Origin: Eledone cirrhosa | Taxonomy: Eukaryota | Assembly (NCBI GenBank): GCA_964016885.1 | Contig: OZ024740.1 | Location: 42,842,001-42,906,000, forward strand | Length of the DNA: 64,000 nucleotides | Direction of reading: 5' to 3' | Shown: piece by piece, positions 1 to 13,569 of the stretch | How the letters are laid out: each line of letters starts with the position of its first letter | How positions within the stretch are numbered: position 1 is the first letter of the stretch | Position numbers and translations under genes: made by a program | Notes under the pieces: model-generated | Seen by the model: the letters and a program-made list of their open reading frames with translations, nothing else | What the model was told of the DNA's origin: nothing | Database searches by the model: none

Positions 1-208
1 AATTTATCTTGACCATTGTCTTTTACTTGTCATAAAATTCTCTAAAAAGGCTACAGAATATATTTCCAAATAAGGGCGCGAAAATTTAATGAAAACTTGT
101 TCACGTGACGGCCATAATTTCATTTATAACCAATCAAATTACGTTTATTAAAAAAAAAAACCTTCGTGAGCACCTTTTTTTAAGTAAAAAGAAATTCAAA
201 CACACACA

Positions 209-287
<79 letters not shown>

Positions 288-632
288 TACACACACACAC
301 ACACACACAAGCACACAAATAAACATACATATCTTTACTTTCTTTATTCAATAGAAAATCTGAATTCTGACACCCCAGCGAACTAACCATATTCACTGAA
401 CCCGAACAATTCTCCCATCCAATTTCTCTTGACCATTATCTTTTACTTGTCGTAAAATTCTCTAAAAAGCCTACAGAATAGATTTCCAAATAAGGGCGCG
501 AGAATTTAATGAAAACTTGTTCACGTGACAGCCATAATTTCATTTATAACCAATTAAATTACGTTTATAAAAAAAAGCCTTCGTGAGCCCCCCCCCCTCC
601 CCCGTTTTTTTAAGTGAAAAGAAATTCAAACA
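1..632. repeat. 420-bp-period direct duplication with (CA)n inside the first unit
   Basis: Bases 1-~200 recur at 421-~630 (aattt.tcttgaccatt...gaaattcaaacac); (CA)n at ~200-320. Confidence 0.9.
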
Positions 633-1015
633 CTCATATATGAAAAAACAACCTGTGACCCCCCCCCTTGTTTGAAGAACTTTGTAACGCGAAGTGGCGC
701 GAAATTTATTATAATTATTGACCAACCAATCAAATTACTTCTCGAAAAACCTGGCATTTCGAGCCACTTTTTCCCTATAAAACAAGTAACATTCAGAGAC
801 CAACCAGATGTGAGAAAAACCACAGACCCTCCATCTCAACTCTACTTTTGAAAAACAGAAGAACTGCGAAACCGGTAAAGGAACCAAATAAATATATATA
901 TATTTAAAAAAAGAAATAAGACTCCAGTTGCATTTCGATTTCATCTTTTTTTCTTTATACTTTCACTCGTGTAGGACACCTCGGTTATTTTTCATTTTGT
1001 TAAAAAAAAACTCAC

Positions 1016-1084
<69 letters not shown>

Positions 1085-1221
1085 CAGGATAGATATTCAA
1101 TTTACTCGTAATTCAACAAATATAAATGTTTATAACTGATTCAGAGCACTCGACAGGATTTCTGGGGTAAAATATTCAATGATATTAAATAAATGGAAAC
1201 TATATTTATAAAACCATATTT

Positions 1222-1280
1222 ATTCTATTATATATATTTCAAGGGTACCAAAACTTTGGTACGCTATCATCAGATAAAAT
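1222..1280 (-). ncRNA. Minimal type I hammerhead ribozyme fold (PLE terminus family)
   Basis: Minus strand attttat-CTGATGA-tagc gtacca aagttt tggtac cctt-GAAA-tatata-TA-atagaat; base of stem II mismatched. Confidence 0.6.
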
Positions 1281-1360
1281 ACGAAATGTGTTTTATAAAT
1301 TTAGACATAACCAAGGCAAATATACCTTAACGGTTCAAGTTTTCCAACGAACACTTGAAC

Positions 1361-1500
<140 letters not shown>

Positions 1501-1559
1501 ATATATTCTTTCGGCAAAATTGTATAAAAGCCTGAAAACCGAAAAACAGAAAGTACCAA

Positions 1560-2420
1560 TGCTTAGATCACAATGGGATGAAGCAAAGCCGACACAATAA
1601 ATCATCGACCATCAACTTGAATTGCTCAGATGAATGGCTGTAATTTTTGGACATGAGATGGGTCGTTGACCTTCACCTTGCAGTAGTCATTAAGATATAT
1701 ATCTACTTTTAATCGATATAGTGAAGACAGGCAGAAATGAAATTACAACTAGGGCAAGTATCATAATTCTACAAGGGTACTATGTTTTTCTGTAATATGG
1801 TCTAATTTAAGGCCTAATAGTCATTCCTTAAATATATTTAAAAGAAAACGTATTTATATGGGAAACAGGCGGCGGACCGTTGTATCTCTATAATTTCTTG
1901 TTGGACATGTTTATTCATAGAGAAGTTTAAAATGTAAGTCATTCCAATTATTAAAACCAGGTTTGTGGATGAATACAAATGTGTTGCTTTCTTATAATGC
2001 TATGATTCCTTCCTGCCTTACTCCCCACTAGTTCTGGAGACGATATAAGTATGCAGGGTGGTGTTGTAAGCCAACATTATATCTTAGAGAAGAATCTGAG
2101 ATAGAATCAACTCTGTTTTTCAAATCAAAAACGTCTGCAAACTGGAATCTAAAGGAAAGAGTAATTAGTAACCCTGAAATTCAGCGCCTCGCGTATTTCG
2201 AGGTCAAAGTGTAAATTTTCAGTCATCCTTCTAACGCTAACTTTATCTGTTTGGCATAATACCACCAAAGATGTTTATTTATAAATAGATGTTTTTCATG
2301 AATTCATACAATTTCCATTTAAATATTTGTTAGCATCTGAATTAAATTTAACAATGTTTTAGACTAACAAAGTTATACAATCTGATGTTTACGAGAACGT
2401 GGCTTCTTCTAAGCATTACA
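1560..2420 (-). pseudogene. Decayed GlyR/GluCl-like Cys-loop channel relic 1
   Basis: Minus-strand fragments in correct order: LFPLDS (FPLD at 2158-2147; Cys-loop), ILMTT (M2), PKITAIHL, FIVSALL (1601-1581; M3); many stops and indels. Confidence 0.5.
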
Positions 2421-3237
2421 TACATATTACTTTATCCGTAATCTCTCATATTGTTTTTCATTTTGAATTCAATATATTAAAAAATATGCTGCCAGATTCC
2501 GAATACCTCTAATTGTTTCAATAGAAAATTTGTATATAAACGATAAATGATCACTTTTTCTGTAAAACTTTAATAAGTTGAGTAAATTCCCTTAAAAATA
2601 TATACAATACAATAACGTATAAAAATGTCATGATAATAATTGGTGTGCATAAAAATGATCCTTGACCTTTTATATAATATACCTGTCATCTGAGATAGCG
2701 CATTACTTGTTTTATACAAAGAAAACAAAATTAATGACGCTTTCGAATTCTACCTAATTATTTTCATTATTTTGAAATAGCGTTTTTAAAATAAGGTTGT
2801 AAATTTGAAGTTACAAAATGAGTTTATATTTTTTTCATATAACAGCATCATATATCAAATTAACCTTCCTTCTCTTCTCGGTTTCTCTTTCTTCTAACAA
2901 TGACAATATATTTATGTATCTGTGTATGTGTATAATACACATATTATACACTACACATTTTTGCTGTTGCTGCCTTCATACAACATACCCCGTCAAGTCT
3001 GTAAAGTGGTTGTGCTGGTGCCACAGTAGTCATTTTTGTTGGAAAATCATGAACGTCTGCACCCTCCCTCTAAAGAATGGTAGGAGCAATTTACTTATGA
3101 TTACATATAAATCTAATATATATATGGTAGCATACTAGTCCAGTAAACAAGAGGTGTGGGTTCGACTCTCATGTGTGCTGATACGCATCGTTTGCCGTTC
3201 AGTGGTTTTATACGTCGCCTTATTAGACTATTATGAA

Positions 3238-3450
3238 GGCGTGTGGCTGAGTGATTAGAAAATTTGATTCGCTATCGTGAGGTTGGGAGTTCGATTTCCA
3301 GACCGGGCGATGCGTTATATCCTTGAGCAAGACATTTTATTTCACGTTGCACCTTCTACCTGGAGTTGCGACCGATAGATAGTATTAGCAATTGGAAAGA
3401 ACAATGGAAACATTGTTTCCTCGGTCCGATTTGACGAAAGTCGATCGTTC
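3238..3450 (+). mobile_element. tRNA-derived SINE (family 1)
   Basis: A box TGGCTGAGTG, B box GTTCGATTTC, ccttgagcaagaca body; related copies at 46172-46530 and 19967-20050. Confidence 0.85.
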
Positions 3451-3525
3451 CTTTTTATTAGACTATTACACATAGACAAAAGGTTACAGCGAAGCCTTGT
3501 AGTTCAATTTCAATTCTCATATATA

Positions 3526-3620
3526 CAGGCTGCGGTAAAATGATCTGACACATTTGTACGTTTAATAAAAGCAAAATAGAATAAATGTGTTAGATCATTT
3601 TCAGATCATTTTGCTGCACC

Positions 3621-3623
<3 letters not shown>
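3526..3623. mobile_element. Tc1/mariner-type MITE
   Basis: 23-bp TIRs CAGGCTGCGGTAAAATGATCTGA / TCAGATCATTTTGCTGCACCCTG (20 of 23 match) flanked by TA. Confidence 0.75.
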
Positions 3624-3665
<42 letters not shown>

Positions 3666-3672
<7 letters not shown>

Positions 3673-4737
3673 ATATTGTTATATTTGGGGAGGGTCATAG
3701 TGTTATAATATTGCCAGAACTAATTATAAAATACACTCACTGTTTGGTTTGGGTTGGTTTTTGCTTCCGTATAATTTATATCCCTATAGTTAATTTAGTT
3801 GGCAATCGATGTTTATCATTGATTGACCAACAGTTAAAAAATATTGATATAAATATATATATAGTCTATAAAACTTCTTTCATCACACACCTGCGACATC
3901 ATCAGTGTTACTATTATGTTCCCGCACCCCGTTGTTTTGTAATGTTTACTTACTTTATTCTTTCTTTCTTTCTTTCTGTCTTTCTTTATTTATTTATTTA
4001 TTTATTTATTCTTGTCTCTGTTTGCGCATGCGTTGGTGTATTTTTGTGTCTGCGTCTGTGTATTTGGTCACTAGTGTGTTTATGTGGTTGTTGTTATTGA
4101 ACCTGTGTATATTTAATTATATTTATTTATATTTATCTTAGTTCACCATTGTGTGTTTGTGTATGGTTGTTGTTGTTATCCATTCATTTTTTCTTTTCAA
4201 CGTTGGTTTTCTCAGTTCTATTTCAGTTGCTTCCCAAATGTTCTACCCGTTGAGTCATTTCTATGTTTATAGATGATTTTAATTTCTATGTTGTCTATAT
4301 TACCATCATGCCTTTCTCTGGCGTGTTCATATAATACTGAGCCATCTTTTTGTCCTTTTAGTTCCCCCCAGTATTGGTCTACGCTCTCTCCTATGCTCAA
4401 AGCTGTCTCTCATATGTATGTCGTTGCCATGTCTCTGCAAGTACCCTCTGTACATCTTATGTTATAGACTACATTTCTAGTTTTACAATTTATTTGTGGG
4501 TTTATTCTACATATAATACATTTCTTATTAGTACAGTGGGTTTTCTTAAAGCGGTAAGTTTTGCTGATCAGGAATGTTATGGTAGTTCTTGGCTTTTCAG
4601 CCACTTTAATATTTAAATGGGTCTTTCCTAGGACCTTTCTAAATTGGTTAGCTAATTCACCTCCAGGGGTTGCATCCACGAACATGACACTCTGGTATCT
4701 TTGCTTATTGTACCACGAGGTGGCTTTTATATGCATG
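3666..4737 (-). mobile_element. Penelope-like element family B, 5'-truncated (zinc linker, GIY-YIG, 3' terminal repeat)
   Basis: ORF pieces 4410-4736 (HCTNKKCIIC..CKTRNVVYNIRC) and 4218-4400; homologous to 12430-13565; ends at (TA)n. Confidence 0.9.
3867..3910 (-). ncRNA. Degenerate hammerhead ribozyme in PLE-B terminus
   Basis: taaca-CTGATGA-t gtcgca ggtg tgtgat-GAAA-gaag-TT-ttata. Confidence 0.45.
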
Positions 4738-5621
4738 TAAATGACTAACTAGGGCATTATATCCAACGCTCCAACTGGTAGATCTCAATGTGTCCTGATA
4801 TAAGCACTCAACTAATTGGAACATACCCGATTTCATCTGGTGGTCCTGGTTGAGTATATACAGTGAAGAATAAGTATGCATAATGGGTTTTTAAAACTAT
4901 TTATTCGAAACATTTCCATTACAATTGTTTCAACGTGTTTGACGATAATGCAGTATGTCGGTTCCATACCATCAATACGGCCTCGTCTGAACATTATTAT
5001 ATCCACTCTTTGTCGTCTGGAGATCCGGGGTGGAGGGGGACTGATATATTGCAATCTCCTCTCTTTAAATATCAGCTCTCTTATATGCTAGCGACCACGT
5101 CAATAACTATTTATAACATTGTCGGGATGATGCCAGCCAACCCAGGCATACCACATGCTATCGATGGCATTCCCGCCACTGGCCATCCATGGTGACATGG
5201 TAGTCGCGTATACCGCATTGTAGCAGTCGTCAACTTCGGTGTCTCTCTCTCTGTAGCCAAGTCACTTTACACCCTTATCCTACAAAGCCACTCCATCGAC
5301 TGGGAGGTCAGGCAGAAGCGAAGGGAGTTAAACAATGGGTGAATATATCACACAAAATTAGAAAACTAGTGTTAATATATGACACTAAGCTTTGAAGATT
5401 ACTCAAAATCTCCCACAATGCGGTATTGCTGGAAGAATAAGTATTTAATCCGCACTCTTGCGGGATTTTGCCAACATATTCATGATGTCCTTTGTCAACA
5501 TATTCTTTATGTCAAAGAAGAAATGAAAGCATTCCAAGAAGGAAACATTATTTGCAGCATGTAACAATGAATGTTATACATTCGATCGAAGACATTTCAT
5601 CCAGCACCAGTACGCATTTAT

Positions 5622-5811
5622 TTAATTGTTTCTACTTTTGGCACAAGGCCAGCAATTACCCAGTCCATTACTGGTACTTTATTTTATCGACCTCGTAAGG
5701 ATGAAAGGCAAAGTTAACCTCGACGGGATTTGAACTCAGACCATAAAGGGACGTAACTATGTTAGAAAACATGGCGTCCGACTCTCTACCGAGACTGCCA
5801 ATTCACCGCCC
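5622..5811 (-). mobile_element. tRNA-derived SINE (family 2, octopus-type)
   Basis: ggcggtg...ctgagttcaaatccc.ccgaggttaactttgcctttcatcctt; six copies in the window. Confidence 0.88.
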
Positions 5812-6659
5812 TTATTTAATGAGGAATTGCTTGCGCCAAACGCACGCACACACATACACACGCGCGCATATATATATATATATAGATGTGTGTGTGTGGT
5901 TGACGGCTGAGGGAATAAAGTAGTCAATATCCAGCTAGTGTTTAAATATACATGTTATTAATGTTAAATAGTGAGTCTTATTACTCTGGAGTTTCGCCAG
6001 TTTATCAGTGTTCCACCCCACTTCGTAAGTCAGTGAAGTCTGGGATCTTGTAATAAGGTGACATATTATTTAAATCGTTTTGTATCAAAATAATATTTCA
6101 TTTATCTTATTTTGCGATCATGGAGCTTCCATGCAACTTCATATTTTCATATATACGATATGTTTTATTGCAAGAAACAAAAGATATCTGAATACTGAGG
6201 CAAAAGTGGTATCCATTGATTCATGTTGGAAAAACACTCAAAATTATTTATCTAAGAAACAATTTTCACAATCTATTAGCAAGTTACTACAGTTGACGCA
6301 ACGTGCTTTTTTTTTTTATTAATGAAAGGTTATACCTCTCTTCTTGTTTAGGAAATAGTATATCCTTTCTTAATGTTCGTATTCTCACATTCAGGATTTA
6401 GTTCAAATATAGTATCAACAAAAGGATTGAATTTGCAAGATTCGTCTTGATCTAGAAATGTAAGATCGATTCGAGCATATTTTCTTGGCTAATGGATATG
6501 ATTTATCTATTCGGATGTTAACGAATCTACATCTATTTCTGTCTAGTGAACAATTTATATATTTATCACTTATATATTTATCATTCTGTAAAATACAATT
6601 TATAATTGAAATCTAAATATGTGAAATAAGTCTCAAATTCGTATTTTGTTTACAAGTCT

Positions 6660-8193
6660 CATACGCTGATACAGTTACACGGATATGAAATGGAATAGAA
6701 AGATGTAAGGTTCTTGTACGTTACAAAATCCTTTGGTTCTTAACTAAAGCAGATGAAACCTTCTGACTAGTAAACATTCGGCAGGGTTTTCTTTACATTG
6801 GCTTCATAATCTACAGTATTTTCTGCACATAGTTCTGAGACTGTCTTCGAAATACACCTTAGGAATATTTATTGCTGGTTATCAGAATCTGCTACCAACT
6901 TTAAGCATATGGATTCGTTTATATGTAAGATAATTACTGCATAATTATAGAAGCACAGAATATAGAACACACATACAGAAAATACATACAAAAGAAAACG
7001 GAAATTATAAGCATATATACAACGCTATTAGTTGATAATTAAGGCCGACATAAAACGGCAAATCTCAGAATACTATTTCTTTCTTTTTGACTAATAAAAT
7101 AGTTATGTGTTTAATCAAAAAGAAGTTTTCCGCTGTGTAAAACTTAAAGTAAAAACGTATGAGATTTATATCATGACATAATAAACAAATATTTAAAAAT
7201 AAAATGAAAGCCATATGAAACCACACGGAGGTACATTGGGTACATTGTGATAAAGAAATAATTATGTGTCCGACTAAACATATGTTTTCTGATAAAATAA
7301 TCAAGTTTACATTCTGGAAAATAACTCCCACCACCAAACAAGCTTACTGAAGAACACCCAAGTATTCTGCTGCTGTTTGTATTTAATACATATCTATATT
7401 TAGCAAGATATCTCATGGCAGATATCTAACTGATTATTTATTTCATTATTAGCTGCTTAGCTATCTCATAACGTTGCATTTAATTGAAAAAGTCATTGGG
7501 TCAGCGGATACAGTTTCATGTTCATACCACAGTTAAGTCAACCTAGTGGAGCGCATCCAATCCACACAAATATATACAAACATAAAGGTCAAATAAGAAG
7601 TGTAATTGAAGTATAAGGACTCAGTCAAGAAGCTAATCAACACTGCATTCTCTGCTTGCCACTCGGCTTTTCAAATGGCTTCGCAAAATATTGTAATTAC
7701 GTGATTTGAAATCAGTAAATTAAAACCGGCTACAATGTAGAATGGATCCATAGGTTCTTCTTTTCTTGGTGTGTCGGGGAAATTGGTCTAAAATGTTATG
7801 TAGTATTACATTGGTATTGAATAGCTGTAGAAGGCTACAGTTTAGACTATTTGAACACCAATTTTCCACACGTTGATGGTTTACCGCTAACAGAGGGGAA
7901 ATAGAATATGAATTCAATTAATGTTGTTCTAGTAAATTTTGAAATAGATTTTGCTTGAAATGTGTAAATTAGATTCCTTGGGCGAGTAGAGTAAAAGCAA
8001 TATATATATCAAATAAAGCGTACAGGTTTCTGCTTAGTGAAATCTTCAAAATAATTTTATTTTGAAGAAAAATATAATTTTTATTAGAAATTCTTTCAAA
8101 GATGCACGCAGCGAGAGATAAATAATTGCAAATAGATAGACCCAATTGAAGATCTATGAATAATAGAATCAATACTGAAAGTGAGACATACAT
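6660..8193 (-). pseudogene. Decayed GlyR/GluCl-like Cys-loop channel relic 2 (nearly whole coding length)
   Basis: Hydrophobic N-terminus (ORF 7969-8193), STRLT then CGMNMKLYPLTQ (7531-7496), FSRTHNYFFITMYPMYLRVVSY (M1-like, ORF 7171-7416), CMCVLYSVLL*/YAVI (M3); spacing fits an intronless gene. Confidence 0.6.
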
Positions 8194-8372
8194 TAAAATG
8201 ATGTATATGATTAAATTTGAGGTTTTCTCAGATAAATGGCGTTCAGAAATGTTATGGAGACATTGTTGGTTTTCGTTAGAAATGAAAGAAACATAATTAT
8301 TTAAATGAAATAAATTTTAAAAGGATAGTTTCAATGCATTTCTGCAGAATATGCGTATTTTATTTAAATATA

Positions 8373-8765
8373 TACGAGGTTTTGTTCCAAAAGTAGGGGT
8401 ACTGATGTTTTACTTAAACGTATATTTAATGTACATTAAATTACAAGTTATCTCCTTCAAAATACGAACCTTGGGATGTCATACATTGGGTCCAATGGTT
8501 TTGCATTGATCGTAGTTGTACCGGAAGTAATTTTCTGTGGAACTTATTAACTCGTCGGTTACAATTCTTTGCATGCTAGCCACAGGCCCAAAATGATGAC
8601 ACTTCAACTTCAATTTCCACTTAAGGAAAAGGTAGAAATCGCAGTAGCTAGATCTAGGCTGTAGGGAGAATGTGGAATGTTTTTTGTTGACAGAAATTCT
8701 CTAATTGAAAGTGCTGTGTGGGCAGTCACGTTATCGCGGTGCAGGATCCAACCTGCAATATCCTT
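8373..8765 (-). mobile_element. Mariner transposase 3' relic with TIR
   Basis: PHSPYSLDLA/CDFYLF (YSPDL motif), CMTSQGSYFEGDNL* C-terminus, tacgaggt..gttc.aaaagta TIR-like end. Confidence 0.75.
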
Positions 8766-9271
8766 TCAAACCTGTAGGAGTTGGAGCTAATATACTCTTT
8801 AATACGGAGATGTACCGGTCGAATAGTCCTGCCTATGTACAATAGATTGCACCTGTTACATTCTAGCCTGTATACTACGTAGGTACGTAAGCAAAAATTA
8901 GTGTTGCGGATAGGGCAATTGGCTAGGATACATTCGTTATCCTCGTTGGGGGGGTTGTGCTGTGGAGACGCATCATCGCAGGGAAGGTCCAGAGTGAGCT
9001 AGTTTGATGTTGAGGCCCTCTCTTCTGATGGTTTTGCGTATGACATTGGTGGTTTCCTCGCTGAGATGTGGAACCTTGAAGAAGCAACTGTTGTTTGTGT
9101 TGATCTGGTCTCTGGGTCTAGGCTTCGTTGTGGGTTGGAGAAGGAAGCTGCTTCGCCGTTAATCTTAGTACCTTGTGGAACCGTCTGATATGTGTGGCTC
9201 TATTAGTAGCGTCGCTGCATCCGTTGCGTCGAAACGGCCGGAGCTCAGCCACCGGAGTCCTGACTCTTTTC

Positions 9272-9303
<32 letters not shown>

Positions 9304-9329
9304 TGCTTCTGTATATATATATTTACTGC

Positions 9330-11949
9330 TTCTGTAGCAGTAAAAACACCACTAGCTAATCTATTCTTTAAGGCTTTAGATAATTCCTTTCCTAGTTAAC
9401 ATAAATACCGTTCCATATTTAATAGACACACAATTAAGCTTTCTTATTCTACAACTATGAATATGGCCCAAAACATCGCTAAACTAAATAGTAGAATTCT
9501 CAACCAAAATCAGCATAATAGTGTTAATAATAGTGTTAAAATAAATAATAATAAATCGAAATGTAATTGTAGAAATAAACTAGATTGCCCTCTGCAAAAT
9601 AATTGTCTGGATAGAAATTTGGTGTACAAATGCACCGTAAAAGCAAATAACATCACATACAACTACATAGGGGCAACTTCGACATTTAAATCGAGATTTG
9701 CGAATAACAAATGCTCTTTTTCGAATCCTAATAGGAAGTCTTCGACTTCTTTATCACAACTCATTAAAAGACAAAAATTTAAAATACTCGGTTTTTTGGA
9801 CGAAGCTTTGTAATAGTAGAATCTACTCGAATTCGTCTAGATCTACTAACTGCAACCTCTGTACTAAGGAGACCCTATTAATAATTACTAATTATGAAAA
9901 CTTAATTAACAAAAAAAGTGAATTATTCTCAAACTGCCTTCATAAAGCTTTGTCTACATTCCAAGCCTCGCAAAAAGTCAGGAAAACACACTAAACAAAC
10001 AGGTTTTAATTTTTGACGTCTCTTATCAACTGTTGTACCTAAAACGTTATAACAGTTTATAAAACTTTAATAATACTTTATTTTCTAATCATTTATAATA
10101 GAATTAATGTTAGAATGAAGGGTCTTGTTTAGGTATATAAACATATTATTTGTTAACTTGTTCTCTTGATGAATATGCACACCTTTCGATTATTTTAGAT
10201 ATTTATAATTTAGATTCGGATCCTTATATATATGTCTTTGTTTTAAATATATAATTTGGATATATAACTTGTAAGATTACCGGTTATAATTGAACCGTAA
10301 ATCATTCATATATTTTACTCATTTTGGGTATGTTTTGGGACTCAGAAAGTTAGATTTGCACATATAATTATTTTTATATATATTGGTATCTCTTTCCATT
10401 GAACTGGAGGTAAAACTACAATTATAACATTACTAATAACGATTGTAATTATTTATTTATTATATGTATATTGTTTCACTAATACCTATAATACTCTCTC
10501 TATATATTTGAACAAATATGTATATCTAGTATAATAACATGCTCGTAGTTACATTTATAAGTAATTTAGATATCCAAATGACTCTCTATTGGTGTAAGTG
10601 TTAGGTATTTCCTTAATGTTCGAAATTATATAATGATTATTACTTAATTTAATTTAATTTATTTTATTTTATTTTAATTAAATTTAGATTACCTTCGGGT
10701 CATTCAAATCCTTAGCTTCTCTCTCTATCACCTTCGTAGACATCTTAGAAGTATCTTTTGTCTACTATAAAATAAAACCCTCTTGCATTTTAAACTATAT
10801 TTTTTAATATTGGGCATTTTTATGTTTCGCAAACAATTCATTATTTTTTCACTTTTTATTTTGTATCTAGTCCTTATCCTTAGGACTCATGAAGTTTTGA
10901 CTTATAAATTTATAGTATATATCTATTAAATGATCCTATTACAATAATTAATCTAAAAAATTAATTTTTAACAATATTTTCAGTAACTTATTACTATATT
11001 TACTATGTTATGTATATTTGAAAGATATCATCTTAAGTCTTTAGACAATATAATCTTTGTGTATTTTCTTTGATAAACGCATATATGTAATTTAAAATTG
11101 AGACCTTTTTAAGTTTAATTATAAGGCCTGTTGATCCTTTAGTTACTCAAATTGTTAAACATAAATTCTTAAAAAATTATAACTGTAATTATTTTCTAAA
11201 TTATATTATATAAACTGTTGTCAATATTATATAATAAATTTGGTAAAGTTTACCTTCGTGAGGTTGTAAAAACATTATGTTTTCTTTCTCGTGTTTGTAA
11301 ATCCTTTAAATTTGATTTCATAAAATTTGATTTTAGAAATTAAATTTGATAGTATACTTTAATATTAATACAGATACTTATTAACTTTTAAAACCTAAAA
11401 TATTATTCATTACTCTGAACTAACTTAACTTAAATATTTTGAATATTAACGGTCAACCAGATATGTTTACATATATATTGTATATATGGATAATTGTCCA
11501 AAGACTTGAACATAAGTTATTCCTCTTTATCTCTCTCTCTCTGTAATCAACTCTCATTTGTTTTTCTATGCCCCTACTAACTATATTATCCCCCTCCTCT
11601 GTTTCTTCCTCTATGCTTTTCTTTTCTTTCCTCTTTCTTCAGTAATTTAAATTATTTAACATTTATATTGATGCCAAGTATTTTTTAAGCTGTCTCACAC
11701 GCACACTCTCTACTGTATGTATTATATATTTTTCTCATGTTCTCAATATTAAGGTATATAAATATTGAGTTTTGTCATATATTACTCACTACCATGACTG
11801 AATCTTAACCATCTACTATGCCAGGGTATGTCATGCATCATCTTATTTTATCTGATGAGGACGTACTGTTGAAGTTAACTCAGTACCTCTGAAATATGTA
11901 TTATAAAATATACTTGATCACAAGTATATCTATTTTGCTAATATTTTGA

Positions 11950-11952
<3 letters not shown>
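9330..11952 (+). mobile_element. Penelope-like element family A, 5'-truncated, with ~1.9-kb AT-rich 3' region
   Basis: CNCRNKLDCPLQNNC..LVYKC..YIGAT (GIY-YIG), CNLC..LINKKSE..CLH; terminal hammerhead then (TA)n. Confidence 0.8.
11844..11910 (+). ncRNA. Type I hammerhead ribozyme fold
   Basis: tattttat-CTGATGA-ggac gtactg..cagtac ctct-GAAA-tatgta-TT-ataaaata; 8-bp stem I. Confidence 0.7.
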
Positions 11953-12004
<52 letters not shown>

Positions 12005-12009
<5 letters not shown>

Positions 12010-13565
12010 CATCGACTTCCCTTCCAAACACCCTAACAATAGACTACCTGTATTAGACACGGAACTCTGTATTAACACTATAGACGAGAGAGCCCAAATT
12101 CTCCACTCACACTATGCTAAACCCATGGCCTCCAAATACCTGATACTCAAAAACTCAGCAATGTCCAGTAGTGCTAAGTTTAATATTCTGATCGCAGATT
12201 TGGTACGAGTGATGAAGAACGTGTCCCGCATGTGCGACCCAACAGAAATGGAAAGACACATCCAACACTTCATCAACCGCATGCAGTTCTCTGGCTACAA
12301 CCAAAGAGACAGAGTCAGAGTATACGAAGGAGCCATGGAGAAGTATAAGACCCTCATAGAACTGGACATGAAAGGAATTTGCCCATTATACAGGAGCAAA
12401 TCATGGAATAGATTAGATAGGGCTAGACATTAGATAGGGAAAGCCATCTCATGGTACGACAACCAGAGATACCAGAGTGTCATGTTTGTGGACGCTACCC
12501 CTGGAGGGAAATTAGCTAACCAGTGTAGAAAGGCCCTGAGAAAGACCCACTTAAAGATTAAGGTGGTAGAAAAGCCAGGAACCACCATAAAATCCCTGAT
12601 CAGCAAAACATACCCTTTTAAGAAAACCCACTGTACTAATAGGAAATGTATCATGTGTAAGGTAAACCCCCGGATAAACTGTAAAACTAGAAACGTAGTC
12701 TATAGCATAAGATGTACAGAGGGTACTTGCAGAAACATGACAACAACATACATAGGCGAGACAGCTCGTAGCATAGGTGAAAGGATAGACCAACACTGGG
12801 GGGAACTAAAAGGACGAAAAAACGGGTCAGTACTATACGAACATGCCGAACAACAACACGACGGTAACATAGACAACATAGAAATTAGAATAATATCTAA
12901 ACATAGAAATGACCCAGCAGATAGGCAAATCAGAGAGGCCAGTGAAATAGAACATAGAAGGCCATGACTAAACAGAAAGAATGAATGGAATAACAACAAC
13001 ACCCAAACAAACAACACAGACCTAAGAGAAGTATAAATAAATAAATAAATAGATAAATAATTAAATAAATACATACACAAGCACAATAACAACAAACACA
13101 TATAAACACACACTAGTAAAGATAGAATACATTAACCGATACACAGTCACCCAATCACGAACACACACCAAACAAAACACTATACACACACGCAAACGCA
13201 TGCGCAAAGAAAACAAAATAAAATAAACAAACAAACAAATAAATAAATAAATATATAGACAGACTAAATAAAAATGGCGTAGACATACAATGTAACGGGA
13301 GGAAACAATAGCACCACTTACGATGTTGCAGATGTGCAACGAAAGAACTTTGATAAACTATATATATGTGTTTGTGTCTATATTGTATCTGTATTATTTT
13401 TGACCGTCGGTCAGTCAATGGTGACCTTGAGGACCGAATAAATTAGATTACCGATATAAAATACACAGAAGCGAAAAGCGAAAACCAACCAAACAGTGAG
13501 TGTGTTCTGTTATTAATTCTGGCAATATTACACAAATATGACCTTCCCCAATTATAACAATATTT
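12005..13565 (+). mobile_element. Penelope-like element family B, 5'-truncated (RT thumb, GIY-YIG, 3' terminal repeat)
   Basis: LPVLD..HYAKPMASK RT C-terminus; VVYSIRC..YIGETARS..REASEI; degenerate hammerhead 13312-13355 (CTTACGA). Confidence 0.92.
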
Positions 13566-13569
13566 GTTT

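Noticed and set aside
2989-3069. Possible 81-bp minus-strand exon REGADVHDFPTKMTTVAPAQPLYRLDG
   Set aside because: Plausible splice sites but no recognisable homology or partner exons
3122-3180. tRNA-like sequence with GGTTCGACTC B box
   Set aside because: No complete cloverleaf; probably a SINE head remnant
4915-4995. Minus-strand CAGACGA...GAAA-caattg-TA motif
   Set aside because: Stem I pairing is poor; at best a decayed hammerhead
7701-7787. Apparent phase-0 minus-strand exon (also 41975-42049 and 53675-53740)
   Set aside because: AG..GT boundaries exist, but each lies inside a contiguous Cys-loop pseudogene relic that explains the sequence better
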